Made by a program: the position numbers and the translations under genes. Under the pieces are notes generated by a model. It searched no databases. It saw nothing but the letters and a program-made list of their open reading frames with translations, and had not been told where the DNA came from. 32,000 nt of DNA, taken from assembly GCF_000009045.1 (NCBI RefSeq), contig NC_000964.3, positions 180,001 through 212,000 on the forward strand. The letters run 5' to 3'. The number at the start of each line of letters is the position of its first letter. Positions within the stretch are counted from its first letter, which is position 1. Shown piece after piece: positions 26,941 through 32,000 of this stretch. Origin of the DNA: Bacillus subtilis subsp. subtilis str. 168 (GTDB lineage: Bacteria; Bacillota; Bacilli; Bacillales; Bacillaceae).

Positions 26941-29556
26941 ATGGGCATTACATCCGTATTAACGAAAGATAATGTAAAAAAGATAGATACAGATATTGAT
27001 GTTCAAGAAAGGGATCTTAACGTTTTCATTACATCTGCCAGCCGAGTGATTGCGCCACTTTGGCCTATTTCTACATTTGCTGCACGTAATCCGTGGATGG
27101 GACTTGAAAACCAACCTTTTGATCAGGTTGCAAGTTGGTTGAAAAACACTCGCGATGTTGATATATACCCTAGTGCGTCTATGATCCGTTCAGCAAAGAA
27201 TAAAGGTGAGATTGATGAAGATTTTGTGGAAATGGGGCTGCAGCGTTGGCTTGATTCACATTCCTATCACATCCCACGGGACGTAGCAGAGCGATTTTGT
27301 CATGCTGCATTAAAGTTAGATCCCCTGCCTTCCGACCTTTTATCATCACATGAGCTGGAGAAATTAGTAAGTGAATGTAGTGGATTGGATCATATCGAGA
27401 ATGTGTTTATGCAGCCACTAAGTTCGTATATAGAGAATCAAGATGGTGAAAGGCTAGTCAATATACTAGATCATCATGTCATTAAATGGAGTAAATTATA
27501 TCTTGATGACTCTCAAGCGGGTTGGACAATGCCTAATCGTGAGGAAGGTTTCTATCGTGCTTGGCAGCATCTTATTCAATATGATCCAGCACTTAGCAAA
27601 AAGCAGCGAGAAAGGGTAAAAGGTTGGCCGAAAGAGGCACATTTGGCTTTACAAGAAGCTTTATTCGCACTAGAAATCCCAGAGTCAGAAATCCAGACTT
27701 ATCTTGAAGGTCATTTACTTTCATTACCTGGATGGGCAGGGATGATGCTTTGGCGCTCCCAACAATCGAGCCACGAACATGCACTACTAACAGAATATTT
27801 AGCGGTTCGAATATCCATGGAGTGGGCTCTTATAAAGCCATACTTACCTTTGACTAATGAACGATCTAAGAAAACAATTTCAATTGCTCCCCTTATAGCA
27901 GCTTGGATTCATTGGGGTGGGCTTACATTAGAAGAATGGTCACAGATGACGGCCAGTGAACAAAACGAATATTTATCATTTGCCTACAGCTTTGATGAGA
28001 AACTTCGCAAGAAACTTTGGTTAGAAGCTTGGGAACAAACGTACACTGATCGATTAAGCCAGAAGATCATCTCGAAACAACGTGAAACCGGCCGTGAAAA
28101 ATCTGCATTAGCTCAATTAGCATTCTGCATCGATGTACGATCAGAACCTTTTCGTCGTCAACTAGAAAAAGAAGGCCCGTTTGAAACGATTGGTATTGCT
28201 GGTTTCTTCGGGGTGCCGATTGCAACTTGTGAACTTGGCAGTAAACACAGTCATGCTTCCTTGCCGATCATACAAAAACCGCAAAATAAAATAAAAGAGT
28301 TCGCAGATGAGGATGTATTCAAAAAATACAATCAACGGAAGCAAGCAATTCATTCTTTAAGCCATACCTTTAAAACGATGAAGCAGAATGCGCTTTCGAG
28401 CTTACTACTGCCTGAGCTAAGTGGACCTTGGCTTACTCTGCAAATGGCAGCCCGTAGCTTTGTGCCAAGAAAGGCGGGTCGTTTCATTCGTAATCTCCGT
28501 GAGGCTTGGTTACGCAAACCTGATACAAAACTCTCGCTTCATCATGATGCTACAGAGGCAGAAATACCTGTGGGTTTTACTGATGAAGAAAAAGTGAACT
28601 ATGCTCGCCAAGCATTAAAAATGATGGGGTTAACAGAGAACATCGCACCATTGGTCGTGATTTGTGGGCATGGCAGTCAAAGTACTAATAATCCTTATTC
28701 TGCAGCCCTTGATTGTGGTGCCTGTGGTGGAGCGGCCGGTGGATTCAATGCAAGAGTTTTAGCTGCTTTATGTAATCTATCAGAGGTACGAGAAGCTCTT
28801 TTAGCTGAAGGAATTAAAATTCCTGAGGATACAGTTTTTGCAGCAGCTGAACATAATACAACAGTAGATGAATTACATTGGCTTTATGTACCAGAGCTTT
28901 CCGAAGCTGCACAAGAAGCATTTGAACAAATTGAAGCCGTTATGCCGAAAGTGAGACATCATGTAAACGCAGAACGTCTAGCCCAATTACCGAATTTCCA
29001 ATCGAAGCTAAAAAATCCGAAGGCTGAGGCAAACCGATTTGCGGAAGATTGGAGTGAGATACGTCCGGAATGGGGACTGGCTCGTAATGCCGCTTTTATT
29101 ATCGGTAAACGTGAATTAACTCAGGATTGTGATTTGGAAGGCAGAGCCTTTCTCCATAATTATGATTGGAAGCAGGATGAAAGCGGTGAACTCCTAGCAA
29201 ATATTATTGTAGGACCTGGAACTGTAGCCCAATGGATTAATTTACAATATTACGCATCAACGGTAGCACCTCATTATTATGGCAGCGGAAATAAAGCAAC
29301 TCAAACCGTTACTGCAGGTCTCGGCGTTATGCAGGGGAATGCAAGCGATTTGTTAGCCGGACTGCCTTGGCAATCCGTCATGGAATCAGATCACGAGGCC
29401 TATCATTCTCCTCTTCGTTTATTGATACTCATCCAAGCACCTAGAGAATATGTAGAACGGTTATTAAATCATGATTCAGCATTTCTGCAAAAAGTTCAAA
29501 ATGGATGGGTCCGACTGGCTAGTCTTGATCCAGAAGGATGTTGGGAAAGCTGGTAA
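26941..29556 (+). CDS. ybcC: DabA-type inorganic carbon transporter subunit (UPF0753/DUF2309, YbcC)
   Basis: 871-aa ORF with beta-carbonic-anhydrase-like Zn site motifs CIDVRSEPFRR (codons from 28126) and GHGSQSTNNPYSAALDCGACGG (around 28663-28737). Confidence 0.92.
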   Translation: MGITSVLTKDNVKKIDTDIDVQERDLNVFITSASRVIAPLWPISTFAARNPWMGLENQPFDQVASWLKNTRDVDIYPSASMIRSAKNKGEIDEDFVEMGLQRWLDSHSYHIPRDVAERFCHAALKLDPLPSDLLSSHELEKLVSECSGLDHIENVFMQPLSSYIENQDGERLVNILDHHVIKWSKLYLDDSQAGWTMPNREEGFYRAWQHLIQYDPALSKKQRERVKGWPKEAHLALQEALFALEIPESEIQTYLEGHLLSLPGWAGMMLWRSQQSSHEHALLTEYLAVRISMEWALIKPYLPLTNERSKKTISIAPLIAAWIHWGGLTLEEWSQMTASEQNEYLSFAYSFDEKLRKKLWLEAWEQTYTDRLSQKIISKQRETGREKSALAQLAFCIDVRSEPFRRQLEKEGPFETIGIAGFFGVPIATCELGSKHSHASLPIIQKPQNKIKEFADEDVFKKYNQRKQAIHSLSHTFKTMKQNALSSLLLPELSGPWLTLQMAARSFVPRKAGRFIRNLREAWLRKPDTKLSLHHDATEAEIPVGFTDEEKVNYARQALKMMGLTENIAPLVVICGHGSQSTNNPYSAALDCGACGGAAGGFNARVLAALCNLSEVREALLAEGIKIPEDTVFAAAEHNTTVDELHWLYVPELSEAAQEAFEQIEAVMPKVRHHVNAERLAQLPNFQSKLKNPKAEANRFAEDWSEIRPEWGLARNAAFIIGKRELTQDCDLEGRAFLHNYDWKQDESGELLANIIVGPGTVAQWINLQYYASTVAPHYYGSGNKATQTVTAGLGVMQGNASDLLAGLPWQSVMESDHEAYHSPLRLLILIQAPREYVERLLNHDSAFLQKVQNGWVRLASLDPEGCWESW

Positions 29557-29632
29557 TGATGAATCTAAGCATTTATCAAATGGATTTGTTACTCAATACA
29601 AAAATGATAAACATAAGGAAGAGGTGTGCTGT

Positions 29633-30160
29633 ATGAATGTAAACCAAAATAAAAAAGTATTATTTTTGACGGATATTGAAAACGGTTTGGAGCCTATTTT
29701 ACAAGAAGCGACTAACACTTCTGCAGAGAATATGTTGACTATACAAAGCTATGGTGCCAGTATTTCACATCCTTATGGAGAAATCATGAGGTCTGTTATT
29801 TTTGCGATTTACCAGGAAGATGTTGAGGAGATTTTTGTAGTAGGAACAAAAGATAAGAAGACTTCTGCAGGTAATGGACTAACTCAACTTGAAACAATGA
29901 AAGATAAAATACAAACATTGGATTATCTGTTTCAAAATTGCAAGCCTGAATTTTTAGGTGGTACGGTCGATGAATGGCTAAATGAAAATAGCAGTGACAC
30001 CATTGAAAAAAGTGTTGATATGATTCGACATCATCCCCTAGTGCCGTCATATGTTAAAGTTAGAGGTTTATTCGTTAATCATAAGGGTGGAAAACCCTCA
30101 ATCGCGGAGGTTCCTGATGTTAAAACAGGTCAAGCCATGCCTGATCATTGCTTGTCATGA
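29633..30160 (+). CDS. ybcF: Beta-carbonic-anhydrase-like protein YbcF with apparently lost zinc ligands
   Basis: Start ATG 29633 with SD GGAAGAGGTG; 175-aa product MNVNQNKKVLFLTDIENGLEP...SYGASISHPYGEIMRSVIFAIYQEDVEEIFVVGTKDKKTS... The HPYGxIMRS and EIFVVG segments are CA-like. The track ORF starts inside ybcC (29471). Confidence 0.8.
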   Translation: MNVNQNKKVLFLTDIENGLEPILQEATNTSAENMLTIQSYGASISHPYGEIMRSVIFAIYQEDVEEIFVVGTKDKKTSAGNGLTQLETMKDKIQTLDYLFQNCKPEFLGGTVDEWLNENSSDTIEKSVDMIRHHPLVPSYVKVRGLFVNHKGGKPSIAEVPDVKTGQAMPDHCLS

Positions 30161-30223
30161 TGAAATGCAGGTTTAACTTCTAAACGCACCCATATATGGA
30201 GAAAGCAGTTCTAAGGAGATTGT

Positions 30224-30514
30224 ATGAGCGCTAATTTAACTGATTTTGTCACGAAAACAATAGAGGAAATGAACTCGTTTGATCGTGAAAATATGGAATG
30301 TATAAAAAAACTAATTAGAAAAGCAATTGATTTTTATCATCTAAAGTCTTATGAAGAAGTTGAGGAAACCCATTCAGGAAATGTTCGATTTTTGCATGTC
30401 CACTCTATGATGGAAGAAAATATGTTATCCAAAATGATAGTGGTCACAAGAAACGGTAAAACTGATTTGGATATTGAAGGTGTATATGAAGGATATGTTG
30501 TAAGAGAATATTAA
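30224..30514 (+). CDS. ybcH: Small protein of unknown function YbcH
   Basis: 96-aa ORF, collinear with the dab operon. Confidence 0.75.
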   Translation: MSANLTDFVTKTIEEMNSFDRENMECIKKLIRKAIDFYHLKSYEEVEETHSGNVRFLHVHSMMEENMLSKMIVVTRNGKTDLDIEGVYEGYVVREY

Positions 30515-30571
30515 TGAGACGAAATCACAAATAGAATATGCCAATTTTTTTGCTCAGGAGATGTATTAGAT

Positions 30572-30946
30572 ATGAAAAAGTCTAAGGGTTCTATTGAATC
30601 AGAGATCAGTAAGTCCATTACTCAATGGGAGAAGGATTATCTTGGGCGGGGGTCTGTATCTGTTAAGACTGATATACTGCGGGACATGATCATCGTCAAT
30701 TTAAAAGGGATTTTAACACCAGCCGAATATGTAGTTTGTGGATCAAAAGAGGGTATGTTATCTATCAAACAAACTCGTTCAGAGTTAGTCGAATCAGGTA
30801 TAGAAGGCCTTAAGGATATTATCTTAAAAATAACCGGAGAAAAAGTGAAAAGTTTTCATACTGATTTAAGCTCCCGGACAGGTGAACGAGTGATGGTATT
30901 TAAATTATGTAATGATCTAGAGAAAAATTTGGAAAAGATCTTATAA
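30572..30946 (+). CDS. ybcI: DUF2294-family protein YbcI
   Basis: 124-aa ORF with SD CAGGAG; family-like segments GRGSVSVKTDILRDMIIVNLKGILTPAE and LIEITGEKV-type (IILKITGEKVKSFHTDLSSRTGERVMVFKL). Confidence 0.78.
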   Translation: MKKSKGSIESEISKSITQWEKDYLGRGSVSVKTDILRDMIIVNLKGILTPAEYVVCGSKEGMLSIKQTRSELVESGIEGLKDIILKITGEKVKSFHTDLSSRTGERVMVFKLCNDLEKNLEKIL

Positions 30947-31123
30947 TCTAAAGAAAATAAATGTTTTGACGGTGTGGAATTTGTTGTGAATTGAACATAA
31001 AGAACTGCCGATTCTTTTGTTTTACAATTATGGTATCATTGATAACTTTTATTCATATCCTAAGCGGACATAAAGAGATGTCAATTCATAGTACACTGTC
31101 ATGTTATTCCTGTCGAAAGATCT

Positions 31124-31157
31124 AACATCCGCTGTTGTTATGAGCGGATGTTTTTTT
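31124..31157 (+). terminator. Terminator of the ndhF-ybcI operon
   Basis: AACATCCGCT / AGCGGATGTT stem (31124-31133 / 31143-31152) followed by a T-run. Confidence 0.88.
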
Positions 31158-31393
31158 ACATCTATTTTAAATACATGAATTTGATGCTGGTGATTAGTCA
31201 CTTGAACAATATTTGAAAACATCCTTGTCACCTGCCGGGTTTCCCCAAGTGTTTAGTGACATGATTATGAGACCAACTTCGTAAAGCTTGCTGATAAATT
31301 TAAGCGGTGAACAAAATTGATATGCTGTCTTCAGTTTCATTTCACGGAATTAGTCAGAGATAAACCTTTAATTAAATATATCCAAAAAACGGA

Positions 31394-31431
31394 TTGACAT
31401 ATCGAAATATAACGATATAATAATCGATATG
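31394..31431 (+). promoter_or_regulatory. Promoter with overlapping palindromic operator for ybzH
   Basis: TTGACA (31394-31399), 16-nt spacer, TATAAT (31416-31421); CATATCG (31398-31404) and CGATATG (31425-31431) half-sites frame the core promoter. Confidence 0.8.
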
Positions 31432-31731
31432 GAACCAATTGAAGTATTCAAAGCCTTATCAAATGAATCAAGGCTGCAAATTTTACAATGGCTGAAGGAG
31501 CCCGATCGTCATTTTGCACCCCATGAAGGGATTGATATGAACACAATCGGGGTATGTGTCAGTCAAATAACAGACAAATTGAAAATGACGCAATCGACAG
31601 CTTCTCAATATCTTACCATCCTTTTAAGAGCCGGCCTAATTAAGGCGGAGCGAATCGGAAAGTACACGTATTATAAAAGAGATGAAGAAGCCATTGGGAA
31701 ACTTGCTGACTTTCTTAAAACAGAGATATAA
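31429..31731 (+). CDS. ybzH: ArsR-family winged-helix transcriptional regulator YbzH
   Basis: 100-aa ORF, ArsR HTH (VFKALSNESRLQILQWLKEP...QSTASQYLTILLRAGLIKAERIGKYTYYKRDEEA). Confidence 0.88.
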   Translation: MEPIEVFKALSNESRLQILQWLKEPDRHFAPHEGIDMNTIGVCVSQITDKLKMTQSTASQYLTILLRAGLIKAERIGKYTYYKRDEEAIGKLADFLKTEI

Positions 31732-31759
31732 AAATAAACATCAAAAGATGTTTATTTTT
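31730..31759. terminator. Hairpin/terminator downstream of ybzH, possibly bidirectional
   Basis: AAAAATAAACATC-AAAA-GATGTTTATTTTT immediately overlapping the ybzH stop codon. Confidence 0.65.
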
Positions 31760-31766
31760 ACACCAT

Positions 31767-31835
31767 ACATATCGACATATTACGATGTGTTTATTTTTTT
31801 ATAATAACATATCGATAATTCGTGATATGTTTATT
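31767..31835. promoter_or_regulatory. Two operator-like imperfect palindromes upstream of ybcL
   Basis: ACATATCGACATATTACGATGTGTTTATT (31767-31795) and ACATATCGATAATTCGTGATATGTTTATT (31807-31835), 40-bp spacing; same ACATATCG half-site as in the ybzH promoter. Confidence 0.7.
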
Positions 31836-31858
31836 AATAATTAAGGAGTGAATGTTTT

Positions 31859-32000
31859 ATGTCTAACACTTGGAAAATTTATATTTTAGCCATTGTCAGC
31901 TTTTTAGTTGGAACCTCAGAGTACATCATTTCCGGAATTTTGGATCAAATTGCTCATACTCTCGGGATCACTTTAGCTGCCGCGGGCCAGCTTATTACCA
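31859..32000 (+). CDS. ybcL: MFS transporter YbcL, partial (N-terminus only)
   Basis: SD AAGGAG then ATG: MSNTWKIYILAIVSFLVGTSEYIISGILDQIAHTLGITLAAAGQLIT, an AraJ-type MFS N-terminus; runs off the window. Confidence 0.82.
   Translation, partial: MSNTWKIYILAIVSFLVGTSEYIISGILDQIAHTLGITLAAAGQLIT

Noticed and set aside
29471-29632. N-terminal extension of the YbcF ORF in the track
   Set aside because: Overlaps the end of ybcC; a proper SD-ATG pair exists at 29633.
31049-31231. 60-aa minus-strand ORF between ybcI and ybzH
   Set aside because: Spans the strong terminator hairpin 31124-31157, no SD or domain seen; probably spurious.

Overview
The window is a typical Bacillus subtilis-group chromosomal segment. 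From memory its gene order matches the feu-ybcL region of B. subtilis 168; I ran no database search. Left to right: the 5' end of a siderophore esterase gene (besA), feuC/feuB/feuA and btr (bacillibactin uptake and regulation); the peptidoglycan-recycling cluster namZ-nagZ-amiE-murP-murR-murQ; ybbJ and ybbK; five tRNA genes (Glu, Val, Thr, Tyr, Gln); sigW-rsiW; cdaA-cdaR-glmM-(glmS ribozyme)-glmS; alkA and adaA-adaB; a DabB/DabA-type inorganic-carbon/cation transport operon with small companion genes (ndhF/dabB, ybcC/dabA, ybcF, ybcH, ybcI); and an ArsR-type regulator (ybzH) next to a truncated MFS transporter (ybcL). I found no clearly new biological system. The most interesting items are: (1) a degenerate, frameshifted TnsA (Tn7-like transposase subunit) relic immediately 3' of glmS, at the classical attTn7 position; (2) a beta-carbonic-anhydrase-like protein next to DabAB whose zinc-ligand motifs appear to be lost; (3) a consensus promoter that would make the ybzH mRNA essentially leaderless, with matching operator-like repeats in front of ybzH and ybcL; (4) a perfect 20-bp palindrome after namZ; (5) a long orphan terminator-like hairpin before the dab operon.
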